NCBI GenBank assembly: GCA_964530935.1
Contig: CAZHCB010000001.1
Span: forward strand, 1 to 45,348
Direction of reading: 5' to 3'
Length of the DNA: 45,348 bases
Origin: an uncultured Oscillospiraceae bacterium
Lineage (GTDB): Bacteria; Bacillota; Clostridia; Oscillospirales; Oscillospiraceae
A program made the translations under genes and the position numbers. A model generated the notes under the pieces. It was not told the origin of the DNA. It saw nothing but the letters and a program-made list of their open reading frames with translations, and ran no database searches. Positions 33,675-42,305 of this stretch are shown piece after piece. Every line of letters begins with the position of its first letter. Within the stretch, counting starts at the first letter, position 1.

Positions 33675-36317
33675 ATGGCACAAACGACAAAAAAACCTGC
33701 ACCAAAAAAGACAACGACGGCAAAGAAAACAACAAAGGCAAGCCAGTCTCCGAAAAATGTGCCCGCAGTTCCGGAAAAGAAAGGGATGTCACCTTTGCGC
33801 CGGGGAATCGGAGCGGTTTTATGCCTGTTTCTCAGCCTGTTTGCGTTTATCGGTTATGCCGATGTTGATGCCTGGTTCATTACATATTTTTGCGGCTTTA
33901 TAAAGGGAATCATCGGATGGGGTTATTATGTATTCCCGCCGATGCTTCTCGTGTGCGCTTGTACCCTTGTGTTTTTTAAGGAAAAAAACACTGGGTGGCG
34001 CATAGTTGCCGCCCTTCTGACGCCACTGTTTTTTGGCTCGATCTGTCACTTGTTTTCGGAGGCGGTAAATTGGGAGTTTTCAAAAGCAATCTTTAAGCAG
34101 CTATATGATAGCGGGAAGATAATGAATAGTGGCGGTCTACTGTCCGGCGCTCTGGCCATGGGGATGAAGTCGGCAGTGACTATTTACGGGGCATTTCCCG
34201 TATTCCTGTTCGGATTTGTATTCTTTGCCATGAATTCACTTGGGTTTACTGTTCCAAAGCTTATTGCACTTGTAAAACAGCAAAGGGAAAAAAACAGATT
34301 GATCGAGGCGGATACACGCCAGCAGCCTGCTGTGCCGCAGGCAAAAGCGCAGGCAGCAAAAGCGGCTCCCTTTGCCACAACAACTCAGCCGCCCGCTGTG
34401 AATGCGCCTGCGGGCAGACAACACCGCAAGGCAATTGATATTCCGATTGACGAAGTAAATGTTCCCGACGAAAACTATGTTGAGGAACGTGTAGGATTTT
34501 TTAATACGAAGCCCAGGGTAAGAACCCCGGATCAGGTTTTCGCTGAAGAAAATGACAGGGGCGTTCCACCGGCACAAATGCCGACAGCAGACGTACAGCC
34601 CTTCGGCGTCACTCCGGCGGCGACAGGTGCGGGTTTTGTTGAAACAACCGGCATCTCCAGCGAAGCGGCAAAGCCTTCGGCGCCGTCGAAGAAGATCTCT
34701 CGTGACGAGGTTGAGGCGGAGACTGCTCAGATCACCAAGTCCATTGAAAAAGAACTGTCCGAAGACGTGGATGAGTACAAATTTCCGCCTATTGATCTGC
34801 TTCGCTCCGGAAGTGGCACGGGTGTGGTAGACGGGGGAGAGGAAATCGCCCTCAACCGTGAGCGTCTGGAGAGTACAATTCACAGCTTTGGTGTTAACGG
34901 TACGATTACGGGAATAACCAGAGGCCCTACTGTGACGCGCTATGATTTGGAGCTGGATCAGGGTGTTAAGCTGGCAAAGCTGACAAATCTTGCCGGAGAC
35001 CTTGCCCTGTCTCTCGGTGTAACAAGTGTTCGGATTGCTCCGATCCCCGACAAAATCTCTACCGTCGGTATTGAAGTGCCTAACAAGCTTACAAGTTTAG
35101 TTTATCTACACGATATAATTGATTCCCCCAGCTTTAAGAATGCCCAGTCAAAGCTGAGCTTTGCGATCGGCAAGGATATAGGCGGCAACGCGATTATAGG
35201 CAATATTGCAAAGCTTCCTCATATGCTCATCGCCGGTACAACCGGTTCGGGTAAGTCGGTTTGTATGAACTCGCTGATTTTAAGTATTCTCTACAAGGCG
35301 ACCCCCGAAGAAGTACGTCTTATTATGATTGACCCGAAAATGGTTGAACTGGGTCTTTACAACGGCGTGCCCCACCTATTTGTTCCCGTTGTAACAGACC
35401 CCAAAAAGGCTGCCGGTGCGCTCCAGTGGGCAGTTGTTGAAATGCTCAAACGCTACAGACTGTTTTCAGAGGTCGGAGTTCGTGATTTGGCGGGGTATAA
35501 TATACATCAAAAGAGTATCGGTGAGCCCACAATACCCCGGGTGGTAATAGTAATTGACGAGCTTGCAGACCTGATGCTGGTTGCGTCAAAAGAGGTTGAA
35601 GAGAGCGTCTGCCGCGTAGCTCAGATGGGACGAGCCTCCGGTATGCACTTGGTTATTGCCACCCAGCGGCCCTCAGCAGATGTAATAACCGGTCTAATGA
35701 AGGCGAATATCCCCAGTAGAATCGCATTTGCGGTGTCCTCCGCAATGGAAAGCCGTATCATCCTTGACAACTCCGGCGCGGAAAAGCTTATCGGCGCGGG
35801 TGACATGCTCTATGCACCCCTTGGCGCTGGCAAGCCCATGCGTATTCAGGGCGCCTTTGTATCCGACGAAGAAAGAGAAAAGGTCATTGCTTTTGTTAAG
35901 GAGAGCGCAGAGGTCGAATACAGCGAAGACATCCTTGCTCAGATTGAAAAGGCAGCGGAAGAAAAGTCTGGCAGTGACGATAGCAAGGAAGAGTCCGGCG
36001 GACTTGGTTCTGATTATGATGATCTGCTGCCACAAGCGGTGGACGTTATCTTTGAAACCAAGCAGGCGTCCGTATCCATGCTCCAGCGCAGACTGAAACT
36101 GGGCTATGCCCGGGCAGCGCGCATTGTTGACCAAATGGAGGAACTGGGTATCGTTGGACCGTTTGAGGGTTCGAAACCCCGTCAGCTGCTTGTTACCAAG
36201 CAGCAATGGCAGGAGATGCAGGTAATCCACGGAACAGCACCGATTGAAAACATCGGAGCTGACAGCGTGAGCTTTTCCGAGTATTCCGACACACCCACAT
36301 ACGACTGGAAGGATTAA
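33675..36317 (+). CDS. ftsK: DNA translocase FtsK/SpoIIIE
   Basis: The 880-aa ORF has a basic N-terminus, 4-5 TM helices and a Pro/Ala-rich linker. The motor domain has a Walker A (GTTGSGKSV) and a Walker B (VIVIDELADLM). The C-terminal gamma wHTH is ASVSMLQRRLKLGYARAARIVDQMEELGIVG. Confidence 0.9.
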   Translation: MAQTTKKPAPKKTTTAKKTTKASQSPKNVPAVPEKKGMSPLRRGIGAVLCLFLSLFAFIGYADVDAWFITYFCGFIKGIIGWGYYVFPPMLLVCACTLVFFKEKNTGWRIVAALLTPLFFGSICHLFSEAVNWEFSKAIFKQLYDSGKIMNSGGLLSGALAMGMKSAVTIYGAFPVFLFGFVFFAMNSLGFTVPKLIALVKQQREKNRLIEADTRQQPAVPQAKAQAAKAAPFATTTQPPAVNAPAGRQHRKAIDIPIDEVNVPDENYVEERVGFFNTKPRVRTPDQVFAEENDRGVPPAQMPTADVQPFGVTPAATGAGFVETTGISSEAAKPSAPSKKISRDEVEAETAQITKSIEKELSEDVDEYKFPPIDLLRSGSGTGVVDGGEEIALNRERLESTIHSFGVNGTITGITRGPTVTRYDLELDQGVKLAKLTNLAGDLALSLGVTSVRIAPIPDKISTVGIEVPNKLTSLVYLHDIIDSPSFKNAQSKLSFAIGKDIGGNAIIGNIAKLPHMLIAGTTGSGKSVCMNSLILSILYKATPEEVRLIMIDPKMVELGLYNGVPHLFVPVVTDPKKAAGALQWAVVEMLKRYRLFSEVGVRDLAGYNIHQKSIGEPTIPRVVIVIDELADLMLVASKEVEESVCRVAQMGRASGMHLVIATQRPSADVITGLMKANIPSRIAFAVSSAMESRIILDNSGAEKLIGAGDMLYAPLGAGKPMRIQGAFVSDEEREKVIAFVKESAEVEYSEDILAQIEKAAEEKSGSDDSKEESGGLGSDYDDLLPQAVDVIFETKQASVSMLQRRLKLGYARAARIVDQMEELGIVGPFEGSKPRQLLVTKQQWQEMQVIHGTAPIENIGADSVSFSEYSDTPTYDWKD

Positions 36318-36369
36318 CCTAAATAACGGCGGGGCTTTCAGCACGAAAGCCCCGTTTTTCGGAGGAAAA

Positions 36370-36774
36370 ATGACTGATTACTTCAAACCTCAAATGACTG
36401 AAGAGGAAATGGGCAACACCAGTGTTCTGGGTTTTGCCCATATTGGTGACGCCGTTTATGAGCTTCTTATTCGCACTTGGTTGTGTAAAAACGGAAAAAG
36501 CACCTCCAAAGGTCTGCACATGACCACCGTGCGCTATGTTTGCGCAGCGGCTCAGGCAAGAGCGGCGGAGAAAATAATGCCCAAACTGGCCGATGAGGAG
36601 CTCGCCGTGTATAAGCGTGGCAGAAATGCCAAGGTAAACTCCGTTCCGAAGAATGCTCAAATTTCCGATTACCACGCGGCAACCGGAATTGAAACCCTTT
36701 TCGGCTGGCTTTATTTTAAGGGAGAAACGGATAGAATAAGCCAACTGTTTGCAATAATAGTCGGGGAAGAATAA
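36370..36774 (+). CDS. mrnC: Mini-ribonuclease 3
   Basis: The 134-aa ORF contains LGFAHIGDAVYELLIRTWL and YHAATGIETLFGWLYF. Confidence 0.8.
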   Translation: MTDYFKPQMTEEEMGNTSVLGFAHIGDAVYELLIRTWLCKNGKSTSKGLHMTTVRYVCAAAQARAAEKIMPKLADEELAVYKRGRNAKVNSVPKNAQISDYHAATGIETLFGWLYFKGETDRISQLFAIIVGEE

Positions 36775-36799
36775 GTTACCCGAAAAACGAGGAAAAGAT

Positions 36800-38554
36800 A
36801 TGCCACTTGACGCAATTTGCATAAATGCAGTATCCGCCGAGCTTTCTAAGGAAATCGTCGGCGCAAAAATAGATAAGGTGCAGCAGCCGGCAAAGGACAT
36901 CATATTGCTCACTGTTCACGGTAATGGGCAGACCCTGCGTCTGCTTCTATCGGCAGGAGTCGGAACGGCACGGGTTCACGTGACTAATGAAAGTTTTGAA
37001 AACCCACAGAGCCCGCCTATGTTCTGCATGCTTCTGCGAAAGCATTTGGTGGGAGCACGAATAGTCGGTTTGAGTCAGCCGGATTTTGAACGCATGCTTA
37101 TCTTAGACCTTGCTGCCTATGATGAAATGGGGACAGAGATTAGCAAAAAGCTGATAATTGAGATGATGGGGCGAAACTCCAACATAATACTTACAGGTCC
37201 GGAAGGGCATATTATCGACAGTATGCGCCGAGTGGACGGGGATATGAGCCGGGCAAGACAAATTCTTCCCGGTCTGTTCTATCATCTGCCTCCCAAGCAG
37301 GAAAAACCCCCGTTTATGGAAACACAGGTTGACATAATTCTTGGAATGATAAGTAGAGCAGGAAGCATACCTGTGGATAAATGGTTGCTTGACAACTTTT
37401 CCGGACTTTCACCGTTGGTATGTCGGGAGATGTGCTTCTTGGCGTCGGGGGAAACATCAAAGCCATTTTCCCTGTTGGCTGAGGGGGAGACCAACAGATT
37501 GCGTCAGGAGCTGGAGGCTCTGCAAAGGAGAGTTGATGGGAAGGCTTATTCACCAACGATGATTTTGCAGAATGGAAAGCCCGGCGACTTCTCGTTTTTT
37601 CCTATAAAGCAGTATGAAAACCTTGGACAAATCCAGATTTTTGACAGTTTCTCAGAGCTGTTGGAAAGCTTTTTCTCCCGAAAAGACAAGCAGGAGCAGA
37701 TGCGCAGAAAGGCCCAGTCATTGCTCAAGTCTGTTAAAAGCGCTCACGAGCGTTCTCTGCGCAAGTTGGGGGCCAGACGGGAGGAGCTGAGAAAAACAGG
37801 GGAGCGCGAGCTGAGCCGCAAACGCGGTGAGCTTATTACTGCCAATCTACATCACATGAAAAAAGGTGACAGACTGCTTGTTACCGAAGATTACTACGAA
37901 GAGAGCTGTCCAAAAATTGAGATTTCGCTGGATCCCTTAAAAACACCTCAAGAAAATGCTGCGGCGTATTACAAAGAATACAACAAGGCAAAAACAGCTG
38001 AAAAGTATTTAGGTGAACTTATATTTAACGGCGAAAAAGAAGAGGCTTACTTGGCGAGTGTGGTTGACATAATAACTAGAGTTGAGAGCGAACGTGATTT
38101 GGCGGAGATTCGCCGCGAGCTGATTGAAACGGGTTTCGTAAGGCAACAAAAGACCGGAAAAAAAGAAAAAATCAAGGAAACTTCGCCCCTTCGGTTTGTG
38201 TCGTCTTCAGGTATGGAGATTCTGGTTGGAAAAAACAATAATCAAAATGACAAGCTGACAACAAAGCTTTCCCTGCGCAATGATATGTGGCTTCATGTGC
38301 AGAAACTACACGGCAGCCATGTAGTTATAAAATGCAATGACCAAACACCTGATGACCGGACCATAAAAGAGGCGGCGAGCCTTGCTGTGTACTATTCCCA
38401 AGGCAGAGAAGGCGGAAAGACGCCTGTTGACTACACTCAGATTCGATATGTAAAAAAACCGTCAGGGGCAATGCCCGGTGCTGTTATATACACCGATTAC
38501 AAAACCATCTTTACTGAGGGCGATGAAACCTTGGCAGAAAAGCTAAAGGCGTAA
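36800..38554 (+). CDS. rqcH: NFACT-family ribosome quality control protein (RqcH / FbpA-like)
   Basis: The 584-aa ORF has an NFACT-N domain (MPLDAICINAVSAEL...KIDKVQQP), a central coiled coil and NFACT-R (DMWLHVQKLHGSHVVIK). Confidence 0.85.
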   Translation: MPLDAICINAVSAELSKEIVGAKIDKVQQPAKDIILLTVHGNGQTLRLLLSAGVGTARVHVTNESFENPQSPPMFCMLLRKHLVGARIVGLSQPDFERMLILDLAAYDEMGTEISKKLIIEMMGRNSNIILTGPEGHIIDSMRRVDGDMSRARQILPGLFYHLPPKQEKPPFMETQVDIILGMISRAGSIPVDKWLLDNFSGLSPLVCREMCFLASGETSKPFSLLAEGETNRLRQELEALQRRVDGKAYSPTMILQNGKPGDFSFFPIKQYENLGQIQIFDSFSELLESFFSRKDKQEQMRRKAQSLLKSVKSAHERSLRKLGARREELRKTGERELSRKRGELITANLHHMKKGDRLLVTEDYYEESCPKIEISLDPLKTPQENAAAYYKEYNKAKTAEKYLGELIFNGEKEEAYLASVVDIITRVESERDLAEIRRELIETGFVRQQKTGKKEKIKETSPLRFVSSSGMEILVGKNNNQNDKLTTKLSLRNDMWLHVQKLHGSHVVIKCNDQTPDDRTIKEAASLAVYYSQGREGGKTPVDYTQIRYVKKPSGAMPGAVIYTDYKTIFTEGDETLAEKLKA

Positions 38555-38600
38555 ACTGCATAAAAAAAGAGCGGCTCTTGGCCGCTTTTTTTTATGCAGT
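38555..38600. terminator. bidirectional terminator between rqcH and the SLH gene
   Basis: ACTGCATAAAAAAAGAGCGGC-tcttg-GCCGCTTTTTTTTATGCAGT is a 46-nt near-perfect palindrome with A/T runs. Confidence 0.8.
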
Positions 38601-38602
38601 GA

Positions 38603-39526
38603 TTATCTGTTATCCAAAACTCTTATTGCTTCGCATAAGATTTTTGCACATTCACCGCGAGTTAAAATATCCTCACTGGCGGTTTGATCATAGGATGCAA
38701 TTTTGCACGCACTTAGGTTGGCGCAGGACTGAGCTGCCCATTCGGGAGCAGTATCGCCATAGCTTTCAGTGTTAACATTTGTCAAATTCATGGACTTGTT
38801 GAGCATAACAGCGGCTTCAGAATAGCGAATGCCGTTACCGCTCATGAAAACAGCCGTATCGGTGTCGTAGGAATAGCCTGCAACTATACCTGTAAGCAAG
38901 GCGGTAGATACATAGGGCTTCTGGTATGCGGGGATGTCATCGTCGTCTACAAAGCCGGTAGTAATAACACCTGAAAGAATATTAAAGTTATTCAGCTTCA
39001 GGCACATGGTGAGAAACTCACCCCGAGTGACGGGCATGTCAGGGTTAAACACATACATTCCGCCCAGACACTCGCCCACGAAGATGTCCTTTTCAGCCAG
39101 AACAATTGTAGCGTAGTGTGCACTGTTGCCTGACATATCAGAATAGGTGACCTTGGTTTTTTGTTTCTCGATTTTAATGATTACAGTGGCTTCGCTGGAG
39201 TAGTTTCCGTTGCTGTCAACGGCCTTGTAGCCAAAGTAGTCACGACCCCTTTTGCCGGCGGCAGGACTATAGACAAAGCATCCGCTGTCCTCTTCCAACT
39301 CGATACTTCCCTTTGTGGGGGTGGTTGTAATTTCAAAGGTCAGAACATCGCCGTCAGGGTCAACGGCTTTTAGTTGCCCGCCGACTGAAACTTCGCGGTA
39401 GGTGCAGATTTCCAGATTCTCTGCAATAGGTGCGGTACTCTCGCTCTGCGCATAAACGAATCCAAGGGTTAAAACAACAGCAAGGCAGACGCAGACAAGA
39501 CTAATATATAGGTTTTTGTGTTTCAT
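38603..39526 (-). CDS. secreted cell-surface protein: cadherin/Ig-like domain plus SLH-type repeats
   Basis: The signal peptide is MKHKNLYISLVCVCLAVVLTLGFVYA. The N-terminal beta-domain is AVDPDGDVLTFEITTTPTKGSIELEEDSGCFVYSP...DYFGYKAVDSNGNYSSEATVIIKI. The C-terminal SLH-like segments include FVDDDDIPAYQKPYVSTALLTGIVAGY. Confidence 0.7.
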   Translation of the reverse strand: MKHKNLYISLVCVCLAVVLTLGFVYAQSESTAPIAENLEICTYREVSVGGQLKAVDPDGDVLTFEITTTPTKGSIELEEDSGCFVYSPAAGKRGRDYFGYKAVDSNGNYSSEATVIIKIEKQKTKVTYSDMSGNSAHYATIVLAEKDIFVGECLGGMYVFNPDMPVTRGEFLTMCLKLNNFNILSGVITTGFVDDDDIPAYQKPYVSTALLTGIVAGYSYDTDTAVFMSGNGIRYSEAAVMLNKSMNLTNVNTESYGDTAPEWAAQSCANLSACKIASYDQTASEDILTRGECAKILCEAIRVLDNR

Positions 39527-39634
39527 TGTGAATCCCTCCGAGCAAAGTATGGCGCAAGCTGCGCTTTACGGTTATTCTGCTCAGAGTGCGAGTGCTTTAT
39601 TCCGCCATTTGAGTAAAAAATCACCTTTTTACCT

Positions 39635-39667
39635 ACAAAGAATTGCCGCCGTTTTTGGCGGCGGCAA
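39635..39667 (-). terminator. intrinsic terminator after the Cys-rich gene
   Basis: The minus strand reads TTGCCGCCG-ccaaaaa-CGGCGGCAA followed by TTCTTTGT. Confidence 0.6.
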
Positions 39668-39685
39668 AAGTGGCGTGATTTTTTA

Positions 39686-40477
39686 CTAGCAGGTCTCGGC
39701 GGCACAGCCGCAGCTGTTGGAGCCGTCACTGGGTGGGAAGAAGTCATCCACGGGGAAGGGGATGCAGCTGAAAAGTGTGCAGGGATCATCTTCGCTGCCG
39801 ATGCAATCTTTTTCGGGGAGACAGTAGTCATAAACCGGTATGAGCAGCTGTGTGTCGCGCTCAAGTCTGATGATGGAGAACTGACCCAGAGTAACCAAGA
39901 GCTGCTTGCAAGCACGGCCTATTACCAATTCGTCCTCGAAGCTGTCTGCTATATAATCGGGGATTATGCGGTTGCCGCTATCGCAGCAGTGGTGGTGCTT
40001 CTCATCTATGATTTTCATTGACAGGGGGATGGGATCGACTGCTTCAACAACAGCCACGGGCATATTTCTGTTGCCACGGCTGCATTGGTCATCTTTTGAA
40101 GAGAATACCTTTGCGCTTCCTTCACTGCCGAAGAGAATAGCGCGCTTCTCAAAGATCGCAAGACCGGTAACAGTCCTTTCCCCCGGGAATGCAACACCGG
40201 TCACCTTATAGAAATATGTGACATCAACGGCATAGCAGCCACGGTTGAAGCTCAGTTCCTCAACTCTAACGTCTGCGCAAAGAAGTCTTGCACTGCGGGG
40301 CCTAATACTGAACGCACTGTCAATTATTGCCTGAGAGCCCTGGGTGGGCATTACCAGCAGATCCTCTATACAATCTTTATCTTTACAACTGTCGAATATT
40401 TTACTCGTGTGTATGCAAACCGCCTCGCGGATACAACCCGGATTTGCCGCCGGAACGGATGTAGTGTTTTCCGCCAT
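39686..40477 (-). CDS. cysteine-rich cytoplasmic protein of unknown function (264 aa, 17 Cys)
   Basis: A GGGAGG RBS lies 8 nt before the ATG at 40477, and the gene has its own terminator. There is no signal peptide or TM segment. The Cys clusters are CIREAVC, DSCKDKDC, HHHCC, CLPEKDC, DPCTLFSC and C-terminal CGCAAETC. I recognise no family. Confidence 0.6.
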   Translation of the reverse strand: MAENTTSVPAANPGCIREAVCIHTSKIFDSCKDKDCIEDLLVMPTQGSQAIIDSAFSIRPRSARLLCADVRVEELSFNRGCYAVDVTYFYKVTGVAFPGERTVTGLAIFEKRAILFGSEGSAKVFSSKDDQCSRGNRNMPVAVVEAVDPIPLSMKIIDEKHHHCCDSGNRIIPDYIADSFEDELVIGRACKQLLVTLGQFSIIRLERDTQLLIPVYDYCLPEKDCIGSEDDPCTLFSCIPFPVDDFFPPSDGSNSCGCAAETC

Positions 40478-40555
40478 TTTTATACCTCCCGGTAACAAAA
40501 TTTTGAATTTCTTCGTTACAGTCTATGCAACCAGGTGATTTTTGTGTGAACAGCA

Positions 40556-40584
40556 TTTGACGTTAATCAAAAATCACGTTATAA
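40556..40584 (+). promoter_or_regulatory. consensus-like sigmaA promoter for DUF4364-asnA
   Basis: TTGACG, a 17-nt spacer, then TATAAT (40579-40584). Confidence 0.6.
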
Positions 40585-40635
40585 TAATCAAGAAAAAGAT
40601 TTTGAGTTTTATTAAACAATAAGGGGAAATAGGCT

Positions 40636-41163
40636 ATGGATAGATTCGGTTTCATACATGAAAAGCTAGACATCAAAATATTCATTCTCTATGTCCTGAA
40701 CATGCTTCCGGGAAAGATTAATGCTGCCCAGCTGTCTGACCTTATAATGATTGACGACGGCTTTGATTATTTCGAATACAGTCAGTGTTTAACGGAGCTT
40801 GTGGAAACACAGCACGTTGAGCAGGATGGCAGTTATTATAAGATAACCGAGAAAGGCTCTGAGCACTGCGAAGCTGTTGACAGCAGCATTCCATATTCCG
40901 TTAAGGCTAAGGCAGAACGTGCAGCCCAGCCAATAATTGAGAAAATGAAGCGAGATGCCTTAATAGGAACTTCCCATAAGATTATGCAGGACGGCAGCTG
41001 TCATATGCGCGTATCCCTTTCGGACGGTATGGGTGATATTCTTAAACTAACAATCCTCACCTCGGGTGAGGAGCAGTCCGAACAAATGGAAAAATATTTT
41101 CGTAGTGATGCTGAGAGCATTTATCACAAAATAATCAGTATTCTCACACCCAAAGAAAAATAG
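40636..41163 (+). CDS. DUF4364 family (winged-helix-like) protein
   Basis: The 175-aa ORF contains KIFILYVLNMLPGKINAAQLSDLIM.DDGFDYFEYSQCLTELVETQHV....YYKITEKG, typical of Clostridial DUF4364 proteins. The assignment is from memory. Confidence 0.7.
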   Translation: MDRFGFIHEKLDIKIFILYVLNMLPGKINAAQLSDLIMIDDGFDYFEYSQCLTELVETQHVEQDGSYYKITEKGSEHCEAVDSSIPYSVKAKAERAAQPIIEKMKRDALIGTSHKIMQDGSCHMRVSLSDGMGDILKLTILTSGEEQSEQMEKYFRSDAESIYHKIISILTPKEK

Positions 41164-41179
41164 CTTGGAGGAAAAACAC

Positions 41180-42190
41180 ATGGCATCTTTTATACCCGAG
41201 GATTATAAGAGCACCCTAGGTATTTACGACACTCAAAAAGCAATCGGCTTGCTTAAGCGCATTTTTGCGGATAGACTTGCCGGTTCGCTCAATCTCTATC
41301 GTGTATCCGCGCCTCTCTTTGTACAGGAAAAAACCGGACTTAATGACGACCTTAATGGAATCGAACGCCCGGTGGATTTCGATATAGCCAACACAGAAAG
41401 ACGAGGGCAGGTGGTGCAGTCTCTTGCAAAGTGGAAGAGAGTTGCCCTAAAGCGTTATGACTTTTATCCCGGAAAAGGAATATACGCAGATATGAACGCC
41501 ATAAGACGTGACGAGGAGATGGATAATCTTCACTCGGTATATGTTGACCAATGGGATTGGGAAAAGGTAATTGAGCGTGGTGACAGGAATATTGATTATC
41601 TTAAAACCAATGTAATAGATATTGTTGACGCTATATGCGACACTCAAGATACCTTGCAAGCCGTATATCCTGAGCTCGGTATGGCAGGGAAGCTCAATCG
41701 CAGAGTCACCTTTATCACTGCCCAGGAGCTTGAGGACAAATACCCCAACTTGAGTCCTAAGGAACGCGAAAACGCCATTACCAAAGAAAACGGAACGGTG
41801 TTCATTATAGGTATCGGCGGTGAGCTTTCCTCTGGAAATAAGCATGACGGAAGAGCACCTGACTATGACGACTGGGCACTTAACGGTGATATTCTGTTTT
41901 GGTATGAACCCCTTGGCTGCGCAGTTGAAATCTCCTCCATGGGTATTAGAGTTGACCCCGCAACGCTGGATAAGCAGCTTACCATTGCAAACTGCGATGA
42001 AAGACGGTCGCTTATGTACCATAAAATGCTGTTAAACAACGAATTGCCACTGACAATCGGCGGCGGAATCGGGCAGTCAAGGTTGTCACTGCTGATACTT
42101 AACAAGGTACATATAGGCGAAGTTCAGGTATCGATTTGGGACGAGAATACAATTGCGGCCTGCGAAGCTGCCGGAACAATGCTTTTGTAA
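41180..42190 (+). CDS. asnA: aspartate-ammonia ligase (asparagine synthetase A)
   Basis: The ~336-aa ORF contains YRVSAPLFV, GLNDDLNG.ERPV, IRRDEE.DNLHSVYVDQWDWE and GGGIGQSRL. The ATG at 41180 lies behind GGAGG. Confidence 0.9.
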   Translation: MASFIPEDYKSTLGIYDTQKAIGLLKRIFADRLAGSLNLYRVSAPLFVQEKTGLNDDLNGIERPVDFDIANTERRGQVVQSLAKWKRVALKRYDFYPGKGIYADMNAIRRDEEMDNLHSVYVDQWDWEKVIERGDRNIDYLKTNVIDIVDAICDTQDTLQAVYPELGMAGKLNRRVTFITAQELEDKYPNLSPKERENAITKENGTVFIIGIGGELSSGNKHDGRAPDYDDWALNGDILFWYEPLGCAVEISSMGIRVDPATLDKQLTIANCDERRSLMYHKMLLNNELPLTIGGGIGQSRLSLLILNKVHIGEVQVSIWDENTIAACEAAGTMLL

Positions 42191-42210
42191 AACTAAAGCC
42201 CATACAAATT

Positions 42211-42246
42211 AAAGAAGGCGTGACCAAAATGGTCATGCCTTCTTTT
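42211..42246 (+). terminator. intrinsic terminator after asnA
   Basis: AAAGAAGGCGTGACC-aaaat-GGTCATGCCTTCTTT is followed by T. Confidence 0.7.
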
Positions 42247-42251
42247 GCAGC

Positions 42252-42283
42252 AAAAAGGGCGCTTTTCTTATGGAAAAACGCCC
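42252..42283 (-). terminator. intrinsic terminator after the DUF3048 gene
   Basis: The minus strand reads GGGCGTTTTTC-cataa-GAAAAGCGCCC followed by TTTTT. Confidence 0.6.
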
Positions 42284-42305
42284 TCGAGTAATTATTATAC
42301 TTTGT

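Noticed and set aside
34236-36344. Long antisense ORFs inside ftsK (34236-34883, 215 aa; 35694-36344, 216 aa) and the 197-aa ORF at 36319-36912 opposite mrnC
   Set aside because: They lie entirely opposite strongly supported genes, have no RBS, and translate to low-complexity Arg/Cys/Leu-rich sequence with no recognisable motifs. They are typical shadow ORFs.
39523-39915. 130-aa minus-strand ORF overlapping the 3' end of the Cys-rich gene and the terminator
   Set aside because: It is an alternative frame running through a terminator hairpin and the neighbouring gene. Its composition is Ser/Pro/Ala-rich and it has no RBS.
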